A stretch of 64,000 nucleotides of DNA from Gemmatimonadota bacterium. Its GTDB lineage: Bacteria; Gemmatimonadota; Gemmatimonadetes; Palauibacterales; KS3-K002. Position numbers and translations under genes: made by a program. The DNA is taken from NCBI GenBank assembly GCA_039586795.1, contig JBDHJS010000006.1:9408-73407 (forward strand), written 5' to 3'. This document shows positions 18,110 to 28,170 of the stretch, piece by piece (position 1 is the first letter of the stretch; each line of letters begins with the position of its first letter). The notes beneath the pieces are model-generated. The model searched no databases. It was not told the DNA's origin and saw only the letters and a program-made list of their open reading frames with translations.

Positions 18110-19431
18110 GCCGGCCGATCCTGCTGAAGGGCGGTCGTGTCATCGACCCGTCCCAAAACCTGGACGACACGCTCGATCTGCTGGTTGCCGAGGGGCACAT
18201 CTCCGGCCCCTGGCGCGGGCTCGAGGTGCCGGATAGCGCCGCGGTGATCGATTGCTCCGGTCTGGTGGTGGCACCGGGGCTGGTCGACCTGCACGTGCAC
18301 CTGCGCGAGCCGGGCGACGAGCACAAGGAGACGATTGCATCGGGCGCTCGGGCGGCTACGGCGGGCGGCTTCACCTCGATCTGCGCCATGCCGAACACGC
18401 GTCCGCCGATCGATGACCCGGCCGCGGTCGGATTCGTGCGGGCGGAGGGCGAGCGCGCCGGCTATGCGCACGTCTACCCGGTGGGCGCGGTGTCCGTCGG
18501 ACTCAAGGGCGAAGAGATGACCGAGATCGGTGAGTTGGTGTCCACCGGTGCGGTGGCTGTGACCGACGACGGCCGACCGGTCTACGACACCGGTCTCCTG
18601 CGCCGGACGATGGAGTACATCCAGTCCTTCGACATTCCCTACTTCTCACACTCCGAGGAGCTGGGACTCAGCGGCAACGGCGTGATGAACGAAGGATCGG
18701 TGTCCACATCGCTCGGACTCCGCGGCATCCCCAACGCCGCCGAAGACGTCGCCGTCGCCCGAGATTGCATCACGGCGGAACTAACGGGTGGGCAACTGCA
18801 TATCTTACATGTCTCGACCCGCGGGTCCGTCGAGATCATCCGGGCCGCAAAGGCTCGGGGCGTGCGAGTGACCGCCGAGGTCACCCCGCACCACCTGACT
18901 TTGACGGACGAGGCCGTTCGTGGGTACCGTACTGAGGCCAAGATGAACCCGCCCCTCAGGTCGGCTGCCGACGTGCAGGCGGTGCGCGATGCGCTCGTGG
19001 AAGGCGTGATAGATTGCATTGCGACAGACCACGCGCCCCACCACTATGAGGATAAGGAGTGCGAATTCGATGACGCTCCGTTCGGCATCGTTGGCCTCGA
19101 GACGGCACTGGGTATTTGTATTCGAGAACTCGTCGCGTCCGGGCGTATGGGGCTGCCGGATTTGATCGACCGCATGTCCTGTGTACCGGCCAAGATCGCT
19201 AGACTGCCCGCCGGGACGCTGGCCGAAGGATCGCCCGCCGATATCGTGGTGTTCGACCCCGAAGTAAGATGGACTTGCGAACCGGAGAAGTTCTTCAGCC
19301 TGAGCAGAAACACACCGTTCGCCGGGCAGGAGCTTGTTGGAAGAGTTGCGATGACACTGGTCGGCGGCCGACTCGTCTACGACCCGGATGAGCGGCTGCC
19401 AAGGGGTGGCAAGGAAAGCGAAGATGTCTGA
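18106..19431 (+). CDS. pyrC: Dihydroorotase (amidohydrolase superfamily)
   Basis: [10 protein letters not shown] metal-binding HxH; the ATDHAPH motif is also present. It overlaps the pyrB stop by 4 nt. Confidence 0.85.
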   Translation: MSRPILLKGGRVIDPSQNLDDTLDLLVAEGHISGPWRGLEVPDSAAVIDCSGLVVAPGLVDLHVHLREPGDEHKETIASGARAATAGGFTSICAMPNTRPPIDDPAAVGFVRAEGERAGYAHVYPVGAVSVGLKGEEMTEIGELVSTGAVAVTDDGRPVYDTGLLRRTMEYIQSFDIPYFSHSEELGLSGNGVMNEGSVSTSLGLRGIPNAAEDVAVARDCITAELTGGQLHILHVSTRGSVEIIRAAKARGVRVTAEVTPHHLTLTDEAVRGYRTEAKMNPPLRSAADVQAVRDALVEGVIDCIATDHAPHHYEDKECEFDDAPFGIVGLETALGICIRELVASGRMGLPDLIDRMSCVPAKIARLPAGTLAEGSPADIVVFDPEVRWTCEPEKFFSLSRNTPFAGQELVGRVAMTLVGGRLVYDPDERLPRGGKESEDV

Positions 19432-20377
19432 CGAAGTCCAGAAAGAGATCGACCAGCTCCTGGAAGATCGGGAGAAGTATGTCGCTTGGCTCAGACGCCT
19501 CGACACGGAAAAAGCGACGACAACCGAGCGAGCCTTCGAACGGGTGTACGCGGACTACCAGAAGCGTCTGGATGAGGTCACGCAAGAGCTGAGCAAGCAC
19601 TCGGCCGCGGTTCAGGGCCAGCTCGGCGAGCTCGAATCGAGCGTCGCCGAGCTGGAGGGCAAACGAGCCGCCTGGGCCGAAGAGTTGGACGAGGCGCAGC
19701 TACGACGCAGCGTCGGCGAGTTCGGCGACGACAAGGAATGGGCGGAGCTGGAGAGCCGCCTGCTGGGGTCGATGCGCGAGGTCGAGCGGCAGCTCGACAG
19801 TACCCGTTCGGAGATCGAGCGGCTGAAGGAGATCGCGACATTGGCTCAGGGGGAAGAGCCTCAACCGGCCATCGCGGAGCCGACGCCGCCGCCACCGCCG
19901 CCACCACCGCCGCAGCCTGAACCGGAGCCCGTCCTGACCGAGCCCGAGGCGCCCGTGGAGATGGAGCTTGCGGCCCCGGAGCCCGCCGTGCTGGAGCCGG
20001 AGCCAGTTGCCGAAGGTTTCGATCTCTCGAATGACGGAGAGGGGTTCGTCTCCCTCGAAGCGCTGGTGCTCGAAGACAAAGACACCGGTGACGCGCTGGT
20101 GAGCGAGCCGCCGGCGGAACCCGCTGCGGAAGAACCGCCGGCCGCCGAATCCGAGGCGGGCGGTGGAGGCGTCACCGACGAGCTGGCGTTTCTGGAGTCC
20201 CTATCGCTGGGCGGCGGCGCCGCCGAGGCACCCAAGGGCGACCCGGAGTCCTTCTCATTCCTCGAGCAGCACGGCAGTGGCACGCCGCAGACGATCATCT
20301 GCCCGCACTGCTCCGCGGCCAACGACCCGGCCGAGTGGTATTGCACCGAATGCGGGGAAGAGCTGCCCGCCGAATGA
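19424..20377 (+). CDS. Hypothetical protein with an N-terminal coiled coil, a Pro/Glu-rich acidic linker and a C-terminal CxxC-x15-CxxC zinc ribbon
   Basis: ATG at 19424 overlaps the pyrC stop (ATGTCTGA). It carries a PPPPPPPPPQPEPEP tract and ends ICPHCSAANDPAEWYCTECGEELPAE. Confidence 0.5.
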   Translation: MSDEVQKEIDQLLEDREKYVAWLRRLDTEKATTTERAFERVYADYQKRLDEVTQELSKHSAAVQGQLGELESSVAELEGKRAAWAEELDEAQLRRSVGEFGDDKEWAELESRLLGSMREVERQLDSTRSEIERLKEIATLAQGEEPQPAIAEPTPPPPPPPPPQPEPEPVLTEPEAPVEMELAAPEPAVLEPEPVAEGFDLSNDGEGFVSLEALVLEDKDTGDALVSEPPAEPAAEEPPAAESEAGGGGVTDELAFLESLSLGGGAAEAPKGDPESFSFLEQHGSGTPQTIICPHCSAANDPAEWYCTECGEELPAE

Positions 20378-20425
20378 TGGGGGGAATCGGGAGTCGGAGT
20401 TCTGATTCCCCAGAATATCGAACGC

Positions 20426-20476
20426 AATTGTCGAAGCTGATTCGACGATTCCCTCATTGCGGATTCCACGAACCGG
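20426..20476 (-). repeat. Family A dispersed repeat, reverse-orientation copy (left half of a head-to-head pair)
   Basis: The reverse complement reads GGTTCGTGGAATCCGCAATGAGGGAATCGTCGAATCAGCTTCGACAATTG. This matches the family consensus TTCCGCGAmTCCAGAATGAGGGAyTCGTTGAATCmrCTTCGAyAATT. Confidence 0.6.
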
Positions 20477-20499
20477 AACATTAGCCGCCGTCCCTTCAG

Positions 20500-20548
20500 C
20501 TTCCGCGACTCCAGAATGAGGGATTCGTTGAATCCGCTTCGATGATTC
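20500..20548 (+). repeat. Family A dispersed repeat, forward copy (right half of a head-to-head pair)
   Basis: CTTCCGCGACTCCAGAATGAGGGATTCGTTGAATCCGCTTCGATGATT. It lies 23 nt from the reverse copy. Confidence 0.6.
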
Positions 20549-20552
20549 CCAC

Positions 20553-20596
20553 CAAAAAAAACCCGAGGCGAGCAGAAACCCTCCACTCGCCTCGGG
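20553..20596 (-). terminator. Rho-independent terminator of rpsT
   Basis: On the minus strand: CCCGAGGCGAG-TGGAGGGTTTCTG-CTCGCCTCGGG followed by TTTTTTTT (plus 20553-20560), 24 nt after the rpsT stop. Confidence 0.7.
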
Positions 20597-20619
20597 CTTT
20601 GATCTATTGAGGAGCTGTT

Positions 20620-20883
20620 TTACGCGGTGCCGCCCAGCTTCTGAACGTGTACCGCCAGCCGCCCCTTCGACCGGTTCGCCACGTTCTTGTGGATCAGGCC
20701 GCGGGCCGCCGCCCGATCCAGCAGGCGGGCCGCTTCCTTATAAGCATCGGCCGCCGCACCGGGCTCCGACGCATCCCGTACTTTCTTCAGGGCGGTGCGC
20801 AGTCGGCTGCGGGCCGCCTTGTTATGCTCGCGGCGCCGTTCATTCTGGCGCAGGCGCTTGATTGCGGACTTCGTGTTCGGCAC
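20620..20883 (-). CDS. rpsT: 30S ribosomal protein S20
   Basis: MPNTKSAIKRLRQNERRREHNKAARSRLRTALKK is a canonical S20 N-terminus. Length 87 aa. Confidence 0.9.
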   Translation of the reverse strand: MPNTKSAIKRLRQNERRREHNKAARSRLRTALKKVRDASEPGAAADAYKEAARLLDRAAARGLIHKNVANRSKGRLAVHVQKLGGTA

Positions 20884-21160
20884 GTGTTCTCCAGTGTTTC
20901 TCTTATTCTGCTAAACCGGAAAGACTGCGCTTCTGCGGCCACGGGGACCGCGCTGGCGCACCTCTCTTCGGTTGGAAAGCCGCGTAAGGATATTCCGGCG
21001 CTCGCAGGGTGTCAACCCGCGAAAGTCTAGCTTTGACACGGCATTTGGCGTCCTATAACTTCTAGCCATAGTGATCCGGAACAATCGAAGGCTACTGCTG
21101 GACAGGGGCTCACCTGTGGGGACGGTGCACCGCTCGGTGCAACGAGGGGACGGGTAGCTG

Positions 21161-21946
21161 GTGGAAGTGATTGGCAAGAAGGTGCGGCTGCCGTCGCCGG
21201 CGGCGTCGCGCATCGTCGAGGCGGACGACCGGTTCGTCGTGGAGCTCGAGCGCTTCCAGGGGCCTCTCGACCTTCTGCTGCACCTGATTCGCTCCCAGGA
21301 TATCGACATCTTCGATATCCCGATCGGCGACATCACCGAGCAGTTCATCAAGGCGATAGAAGGCGTCGAAGACAGCGTCTCGCTCGAGCGAGCTGGTGAG
21401 TTCCTCGAGATGGCGGCGACGCTGGTTCGCATCAAAGCCCAGATGCTGCTGCCCCGGCGCGACGACCTGCTCGAAGACCAGGACCCGCGCTCCGAGTTGG
21501 TGCGGCGTCTGCTCGAGTACGAGTTCTTCCGCGAGATGGCGCATGCGCTGTCCGCCGCCGAGGCGGAGCGAGCGCTGCATCGCCCGAAGGGTTACGTCGA
21601 GCCACGGCCATCTCCAGATATGGGTGAGCTCCCGCTCCAGCTTTCGCTGGAAGAATTCGTCGCGGCCGCCATCTCGCTGCCAGCGCCACCCGAGCGCAAA
21701 CCGCACCGGGCGCCGGTACGGCCGGTCACGGTGGACGAGAAGATCGATTTGTGGTTCAGGGTGCTCAAGGAAAAGACGCGCGTACCGTTCGAGTGGTTCA
21801 TGCGGCGTTGGAAGACCCGGATCCACGCTGTCATGTCGTTCCTCGCCGCGCTCGAGCTAGCGAAGCGAGGAAAGGTCCGTCTGAACCAGGAACGTCACTT
21901 CGGAACTCTATGGGTCAATCGCGGTGAATCCGACGAGGATAGTTGA
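21161..21946 (+). CDS. scpA: Segregation and condensation protein A
   Basis: FQGPLDLLLHLIRSQDIDIFDIPIGDITEQF is the ScpA signature. GTG start at 21161. Confidence 0.8.
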   Translation: MEVIGKKVRLPSPAASRIVEADDRFVVELERFQGPLDLLLHLIRSQDIDIFDIPIGDITEQFIKAIEGVEDSVSLERAGEFLEMAATLVRIKAQMLLPRRDDLLEDQDPRSELVRRLLEYEFFREMAHALSAAEAERALHRPKGYVEPRPSPDMGELPLQLSLEEFVAAAISLPAPPERKPHRAPVRPVTVDEKIDLWFRVLKEKTRVPFEWFMRRWKTRIHAVMSFLAALELAKRGKVRLNQERHFGTLWVNRGESDEDS

Positions 21947-22454
21947 AGCCATACTGCTAGCCAGCGAGACGCCGTTGGCTCCTAAAGAGATCGCTCGCGC
22001 CAGCACCGACCTCTCCACCAAAGACGTCGAGGACGCGATCTCCGAGCTTGCTCGCGAGTACGAGGCGGACGACCGCGCGTTCCAGATCTATCCGCTGGGC
22101 GACGGCTACCAAATCCTGACAAGGCCCGAGTACGCACCCTACCTCGAGCGCTTTGACTCGATCACCCGTACCAACAAGTTGTCGCGAGCGGCACTCGAAA
22201 CGCTGGCGATCATCGCCTACCGCCAACCCGTCGGCCGGCTCCAGATCGAGGAGCTCCGCGGCGTCAGCGCGGCCGGCGTGCTTCGCAACCTGCAGGAACG
22301 TGGCCTGATCGACATCGTGGGCCGTGCCGAGGGCCTGGGTCGGCCGCTGCTCTACGGGACCAACGAGAAATTCCTGGACCACTTTGGGTTGCGGTCCCTG
22401 GAAGACCTGCCCCAGCCGCAAGAGCTTCAGATCGCGCTGCGGGCAGAGGAATGA
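21924..22454 (+). CDS. scpB: Segregation and condensation protein B
   Basis: IVEAILLASETPLAPKEIA ... LETLAIIAYRQPV are tandem winged-helix ScpB motifs. GTG start. It overlaps scpA by 23 nt. Confidence 0.8.
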   Translation: MNPTRIVEAILLASETPLAPKEIARASTDLSTKDVEDAISELAREYEADDRAFQIYPLGDGYQILTRPEYAPYLERFDSITRTNKLSRAALETLAIIAYRQPVGRLQIEELRGVSAAGVLRNLQERGLIDIVGRAEGLGRPLLYGTNEKFLDHFGLRSLEDLPQPQELQIALRAEE

Positions 22455-23227
22455 CCGTGGACGCGCCTCGAGCTGAAGAGGCGGTTCGCTTACAGAAGTA
22501 TCTGTCGCGTGCGGGGGTCGCCTCCCGTCGCGAAGCGGAGAAGCTGATCACCAGCGGCCGCGTCAGCATCGACGGCACCGTGGTGACAGAGCTCGGCACC
22601 CGAGTTGTGCCTGGCGTTCAGGTCGTGCATGTCGACGGCGTGCGGGTCGAAGTCGGTCGGCTCCGCTGGATCGCCGTCTGCAAGCCTCCAGGATACCTGA
22701 CGACCCGCAAGGACGATCGCGGTCGCCCGACGGTATACGACCTGTTGCCGGCCGGCAGTAACGACCTGTTTCACGTTGGTCGACTGGATCGTTTGACCGA
22801 GGGCCTGCTAATCTTCACGAACGAGGGAGAGGCGGCCCATCGGTTGTTGCATCCGAGGTACGAGATCCCAAGACGCTATCGCGTTGAGGTGGACGGCGTC
22901 GCCGGCGGCGCGGAAGCGCGCCGACTCGAGCGCGGCGTCGCACTCGATGACGGAGTCGCGACCGCCGAGGACGTGACGGTCAAGTCGCGCAAACGCGGCG
23001 CGAAATCGACGGCCGAGTTCCACCTCACGTTGCGCGAAGGACGGAAACGAGAAGTCCGCCGTATGATGGAAGCTCTCGACCTTCCGGTCAGGCGGCTCGT
23101 TCGCGTCTCGTTCGGCCCCATCGAGCTGGGCGAGCTGAGGCCGGGTTCGTGGAGAGAGTTGAGCGCTGAAGAGATCCGTGCGCTCCGTGCGGCGGTCGGG
23201 ATGGGGGAATCCGATGGAGATTCGTAA
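22451..23227 (+). CDS. rluB: RluB/RsuA-family rRNA pseudouridine synthase
   Basis: The S4 domain (LQKYLSRAGVASRREAEKLI) and the catalytic HVGRLDRLTEGLLIFTNEG motif. Confidence 0.8.
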   Translation: MTVDAPRAEEAVRLQKYLSRAGVASRREAEKLITSGRVSIDGTVVTELGTRVVPGVQVVHVDGVRVEVGRLRWIAVCKPPGYLTTRKDDRGRPTVYDLLPAGSNDLFHVGRLDRLTEGLLIFTNEGEAAHRLLHPRYEIPRRYRVEVDGVAGGAEARRLERGVALDDGVATAEDVTVKSRKRGAKSTAEFHLTLREGRKREVRRMMEALDLPVRRLVRVSFGPIELGELRPGSWRELSAEEIRALRAAVGMGESDGDS

Positions 23228-24863
23228 CACTAGAGTCCTGTTACTTGGCGGCTCCGGGCTGGTCGGCATGGCGATCGCCCGGGAGATGCTGCCCTACGAG
23301 CCGGCGCGCCTGACGATCACCGCGCTCAGCGAAGTGGAGACCGCTGGGCCGTTCGCCGCATTGCAACAGCTCGCCGGTCCCAAGACCGAGGTCGCCCGCG
23401 CTTGGGGCGATCTGTTCGTTGCTGCGGAATTCAAGGACACGCCCCGACGTGAGCTCGTCGAATCGCACGAGATGCGTCAGCGCCTGCTCGACGACATCTA
23501 CGGTCCCCTCGATCGAGAGCGGTTGGAGCGCTCGTTCTTTCACCAGCTGCTGCTCAGCGAGAAGCCCGACATCATCATCGACTGCGTGAACACGGCTACG
23601 GCGATCGCCTATCAAGACGTGTTCAGCAGCGTCAAGGAAGTTCGGTCCGCCCTGGATGCGGACGGTGATGCCGCCGACATCGTCGAGCGTCATCTGACCG
23701 TGCTCTACATGCCCCAGCTGATCCGCCACGTGCGGATCCTGTTGGAGGCGCTGCGCGAGGCGGGGGTCGAGTTCTATCTGAAAGTCGGCACATCCGGTAC
23801 CGGCGGCATGGGGCTCAACGTGCCGTTCACCCACTCGGAGACCCGGCCATCCAACATGTTGCTGGCCAAGTCGAGCGTGGCGGGCGCGCATTCGCTGCTT
23901 CTCTTCCTTACGGCGCGCACGCCCGGCGCGCCCGCGGTCAAGGAGATCAAGCCGACCGCCGCCATCGCCTGGAAGGGGATCGGGTCCGGCCCGCTCAAGT
24001 GGCGGGGCAAAGAGGTCAAGCGCTTCGACTCGGCGAAGCCGGTCCCCTTGGAGGGGGCGCTCGATGCCGATGCCGACGCCTGGACAGATCTCGGTGATGA
24101 CCTGGAAGCCGTCTATATCGATATGGGCGAGAACGGTCTGTTCAGCCGTGACGAGTTCGAGGCGATCTCGGCGCTGGGCCTGATGGAGCTGGTGACGACA
24201 GAAGAGATCGCCACCGTCGTGTTGCGTGAGATCCGCGGACAGCCCACCGGCCTCGATGTGGTCTCGGCGATCGACGGCGCCGCCATGGGTCCGACGTACC
24301 GTGGTGGCGTGTTGCGCGAGCTGGCGCTCCGACGGCTGGAGGAGCTGGAGGAGGAAACCGGTTCCCGCAGTGTCGCGTTCGAGATGCTCGGACCGCCGCG
24401 CCTCAGCAAGCTGCTGTTCGAAGCGCATATTCTGGAGACGATCTTCGGAACGCTCGACGCGGCGGCGGAGCTCGACCCGGACCAAACGGCTTGCGCTGCC
24501 GAATCTCTGTTGCGCGAAGACGATAAGACGCGGATCAACATCCTGTCGATCGGTCTGCCGATACTCAGCGCCGACGGCAAAACCGTGATGCGCGGACCCG
24601 AGGTCAAGTCGCGACCCGAACCCGGCGCATCCGTCGACGATCGAATCATCTCACGCGGCTGGGTCGATCTCAGGCCATCGAATTGGGCGATGTGGCAGGA
24701 CCGGATCAGCCGCTACCTGAACGAATTGAAGTCGCAGCCGGGCCCGGACGAGGGCTCCATCGCCGACGCGGATCTGGCCAGCCGTTCGGGCCGAATCCGC
24801 CCTGGCGCCGCCGCGGCCTGGATATTCAAGTTCGAGGACGGTGGCATTCGCGTGAAGCGTTGA
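23214..24863 (+). CDS. Hypothetical 549 aa protein with an N-terminal Rossmann-type dinucleotide-binding motif; function unknown
   Basis: MEIRNTRVLLLGGSGLVGMAIA (GxGxxG). The remaining roughly 450 aa have no motif I recognise. The start overlaps the rluB 3' end. Confidence 0.45.
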   Translation: MEIRNTRVLLLGGSGLVGMAIAREMLPYEPARLTITALSEVETAGPFAALQQLAGPKTEVARAWGDLFVAAEFKDTPRRELVESHEMRQRLLDDIYGPLDRERLERSFFHQLLLSEKPDIIIDCVNTATAIAYQDVFSSVKEVRSALDADGDAADIVERHLTVLYMPQLIRHVRILLEALREAGVEFYLKVGTSGTGGMGLNVPFTHSETRPSNMLLAKSSVAGAHSLLLFLTARTPGAPAVKEIKPTAAIAWKGIGSGPLKWRGKEVKRFDSAKPVPLEGALDADADAWTDLGDDLEAVYIDMGENGLFSRDEFEAISALGLMELVTTEEIATVVLREIRGQPTGLDVVSAIDGAAMGPTYRGGVLRELALRRLEELEEETGSRSVAFEMLGPPRLSKLLFEAHILETIFGTLDAAAELDPDQTACAAESLLREDDKTRINILSIGLPILSADGKTVMRGPEVKSRPEPGASVDDRIISRGWVDLRPSNWAMWQDRISRYLNELKSQPGPDEGSIADADLASRSGRIRPGAAAAWIFKFEDGGIRVKR

Positions 24864-24925
24864 TCGCCGCGCCAACGTAGTATTCAACGTCAGAACGATC
24901 GACCAAACCGAGGACGCGACCCCGG

Positions 24926-26017
24926 ATGGCAGACGACGTCAAGCTGGAAGAGCAGGAAGAGCGGCCGGACGATCAGGAACAGCCGGTCGAAGGCGAGTTG
25001 GCCGACGAAGGCGAGCTCGCGGAGGACGGCACGGAGCAGCCTGGCCTCGAGCCCGTGGTCAGCACGGCCGGCCTCGAGCTCGCCGAGGCGATCATGGGTC
25101 AGGTGCGCAAACGCATCGTCGGCCAGGAGTACATGGTCGAGCGCATCCTGATCGGCCTGCTGACCGGCGGCCACGTGCTCCTCGAGGGAGTGCCCGGCCT
25201 TGCCAAGACGCTGACCATTAAGACGATCGCCGAGACGATCGACACGAGCTTCCAGCGTATCCAGTTCACGCCGGATCTGCTTCCCGCCGACCTGATCGGC
25301 ACGATGATCTACAACCAGAAGACGGGTGACTTCGAGCCGCGTCATGGTCCAATATTCGCCAACATACTCTTGGCCGACGAGGTGAACCGCGCGCCGGCGA
25401 AAGTGCAGTCGGCGATGCTCGAGGCGATGCAGGAACACCAGGTCACGTTCGGCGGCCAATCGTTCGCCCTCGATGAGCCGTTCCTCGTCCTCGCGACGCA
25501 GAACCCGATCGAGCAAGAGGGCACCTATCCGTTGCCCGAGGCGCAGGTCGACCGTTTCATGCTCAAGATCAAGATCAGCTACCCGTCGCGTGACGAAGAG
25601 AAGCAGATCATGCTACGCATGTCGTCGGGTGATCCGATTCCCGTTGGCTCCGTGACGGACCCCGAAGCGATCGAGCAGGCCCGCAGCGATATCGCTCGCC
25701 TTTACATGGACGACAAGATCGCCGACTACATCGTTGATCTCGTTCACGCCAGTCGCGAACCGGCCGAGTATGGCGTACCCGAGCTCGTGCCGCTCATCGA
25801 GTATGGCGCATCGCCCCGCGCCACCATCTACCTGGCCCAAACGAGTCGCGCACACGCCTACCTGCACGGCCGGGGCTACGTGATCCCCGATGATGTAAAG
25901 GCCGTCGCTTCGGATGTACTCCGTCACCGGATCATCACCACCTATGAAGCGGAAGCCGAAGAAGTAACCTCCGACGAGATCGTAAGGAGAGTGCTAGAAG
26001 CGGTTGATGTCCCCTAG
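24926..26017 (+). CDS. MoxR-family AAA+ ATPase
   Basis: LLEGVPGLAKT is the Walker A motif, LLADEVNRAPAKVQSAMLEAMQE the Walker B/sensor region. The acidic N-terminal extension is unusual. Confidence 0.85.
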   Translation: MADDVKLEEQEERPDDQEQPVEGELADEGELAEDGTEQPGLEPVVSTAGLELAEAIMGQVRKRIVGQEYMVERILIGLLTGGHVLLEGVPGLAKTLTIKTIAETIDTSFQRIQFTPDLLPADLIGTMIYNQKTGDFEPRHGPIFANILLADEVNRAPAKVQSAMLEAMQEHQVTFGGQSFALDEPFLVLATQNPIEQEGTYPLPEAQVDRFMLKIKISYPSRDEEKQIMLRMSSGDPIPVGSVTDPEAIEQARSDIARLYMDDKIADYIVDLVHASREPAEYGVPELVPLIEYGASPRATIYLAQTSRAHAYLHGRGYVIPDDVKAVASDVLRHRIITTYEAEAEEVTSDEIVRRVLEAVDVP

Positions 26018-26158
26018 AGCGCTACCGACAATCGTCGTTCGACGCCCGGCGAACGACGCAACGAACGTCGACCCCGAACCTCGTGCGTCGAACGTCGATC
26101 GCCGAATTGTCCTCGACCGCCGAGCGACCGCTGTCGGCTGTCGAAATAGTCCAATCCG

Positions 26159-27058
26159 ATGACTCAGACAACCCAATCCGTCCCAAGGGAAGTGCTGCGG
26201 CAAGTCAAGCTGATCGAGCTACGCACCCGCGGATTGGTCAACACTCTATTCAGCGGAGAGTACCAGGCGGTCTTCAAAGGCCAGGGGATGGAGTTCGCCG
26301 AGGTCCGCGAGTACGCGCCAGGCGACGAGTACCGGACGATCGACTGGAACGTCTCCGCCCGCATGGGTCATCCCTACGTCAAGAAGTACACCGAGGAGCG
26401 CGAGCTCACCGTGATGTTCGCCGTCGACCTGTCGGGCTCCGAGCAGTTCGGGACCCGCGGTCGCTTCAAGGCGGAACTGGCGGCGGAGGTCGCCGCTGTC
26501 CTGGCCATGGCGGCGATCAAGAACAACGATCGTGTCGGCCTCCTATCGTTCACGGACCGCATCGAGGAGTTCGTACCGCCAAAGAAGGGGCGTCGCCACG
26601 CGCTGCGTCTCATCCGAGATCTGCTGGCGTTCAAGCCGTCCGGCGTCGGTACCGATCTGTCCGTAGCTCTCGACTATCTCGGTCGCATACTCCGCCACCG
26701 CGCCATTGTCTTTCTGATCTCCGATTTCATCGATGATGACTTCGAGAAATCGTTGAAAGTCATCAGTCGCCGCCACGACATCGTTGCGGTCACCGTATCG
26801 GATCCCAGCGAACTGGCCATACCGGACGTCGGCTATCTCGAGCTCATCGATGCAGAAACCGACAACCGGGTCGTCCTCGACTCGGGTAACCGCTTCGTTC
26901 GCGAGCAGTTCGAGTCGATGGCGAATGAGGAAGAGGTCCGACTTCGCCGACTCTTCAGGCGTCTATCGATCGATAGAATCGAAATCCAAACGGATCGCTC
27001 CTACGTGAAGCCGCTGATCGAGTTCTTCAGGGCTAGGGAGCGAAAGCGCGTCCGATGA
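26159..27058 (+). CDS. DUF58-domain protein (MoxR partner, vWA-like)
   Basis: GEYQAVFKGQGMEFAEVREYAPGDEYRTIDWNVSAR is the DUF58 signature. Confidence 0.8.
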   Translation: MTQTTQSVPREVLRQVKLIELRTRGLVNTLFSGEYQAVFKGQGMEFAEVREYAPGDEYRTIDWNVSARMGHPYVKKYTEERELTVMFAVDLSGSEQFGTRGRFKAELAAEVAAVLAMAAIKNNDRVGLLSFTDRIEEFVPPKKGRRHALRLIRDLLAFKPSGVGTDLSVALDYLGRILRHRAIVFLISDFIDDDFEKSLKVISRRHDIVAVTVSDPSELAIPDVGYLELIDAETDNRVVLDSGNRFVREQFESMANEEEVRLRRLFRRLSIDRIEIQTDRSYVKPLIEFFRARERKRVR

Positions 27059-28170
27059 TCGCGACGCTCACCGCTCTCGCCCTGCTGCTTCAGATGGCCG
27101 CTCCCCAGGCCGAGGTTGAAGTGCGGGCCGTGGCCGTCCCCGACAGCGTGAAGATCGGTGAAGAGTTCACGCTCAGCGTCTACGTCAGCGGTTTCGCCGA
27201 AGGGTCCGAAGTTGTCTTCCCGGAGCTTCCCGACACCGGGTCGGTGACCGCTCTCGGGCCGCCGCTGGTCGGGGGCGATCAGCCCACCGATACGCTGTTG
27301 GCGCTCTACGAGCTCGCCGCCTGGAAAGCCGGCGACCTTCAGGTCCCGGAGGCGGAGCTCGTCATCATCCGTGACGGAGCTGAGCTGACGATCCCGCTTC
27401 CCGAGGTGACCGTCCGTGTCGTGTCTGTTCTGCCGCTGGACGCCGACCCCGACACGTTGGCGTGGGAGCCGCCGGCCGATGTGGTGGGTGCCAACTGGAG
27501 CCTGCGCGACAAACTGATTGGTGCCGGGCTGGCACTCGCGGCATTGCTCATCGGCTTCGTCTATCTCCGGCGTCGGGTCGCCGCGTACCCCGTGACACTG
27601 CCTCCCGCCAAAACGCCAAGCGAACGCGCGCTGGATGCGCTGGAGCTCATCGCGCAGAGCGGGTTGATCGAGGCCGGCGAGTTGAAGGGTTTCTATTCGG
27701 CGCTGTCTTTCGTGCTCCGGCAGTTCCTCGCCGACACCGAGTACGAGTGGGGGCTCGACCTCACCACCAGCGAGGTGGTGAACGCGGTGGCCAGCGACGG
27801 TGTGACCGATCAGGCCGTTGCGTTGCTCGGCGTGCTCCTCATCGAGGCCGACACCGTGAAGTTTGCCCGCCGCCGACCGTCGCGGGGCAGAGCCGGCTGG
27901 GCGCTCGACGCGGCCCACGGTTGGGTGGCCGACTTCGAACGCGTGGACCGGTTGCCCGATTTCGTGCTCGAGCCCGACGCGGAGCTCGAAGAAGCGCTGA
28001 CGGTCAAGCGAGAGGCCGGCCTCAGCATCGACGATAGCGAAGCGCAGCTCGAGGAGATCGACGACATCTTCGCGGATGATGCGGTGGTCGAGGGCGAGGC
28101 CTCTGAGACGGCCAGCCATGCCGAGGATACGTTTGAGGATGACGAGCAAGGGAAGGGGGACGCGACATGA
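27055..28170 (+). CDS. Hypothetical membrane-anchored protein of the Bat-type operon
   Basis: Signal/anchor at the N-terminus, one mid TM segment, and an acidic C-terminus. Its position between DUF58 and BatA matches the conserved operon slot. Confidence 0.45.
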   Translation: MIATLTALALLLQMAAPQAEVEVRAVAVPDSVKIGEEFTLSVYVSGFAEGSEVVFPELPDTGSVTALGPPLVGGDQPTDTLLALYELAAWKAGDLQVPEAELVIIRDGAELTIPLPEVTVRVVSVLPLDADPDTLAWEPPADVVGANWSLRDKLIGAGLALAALLIGFVYLRRRVAAYPVTLPPAKTPSERALDALELIAQSGLIEAGELKGFYSALSFVLRQFLADTEYEWGLDLTTSEVVNAVASDGVTDQAVALLGVLLIEADTVKFARRRPSRGRAGWALDAAHGWVADFERVDRLPDFVLEPDAELEEALTVKREAGLSIDDSEAQLEEIDDIFADDAVVEGEASETASHAEDTFEDDEQGKGDAT

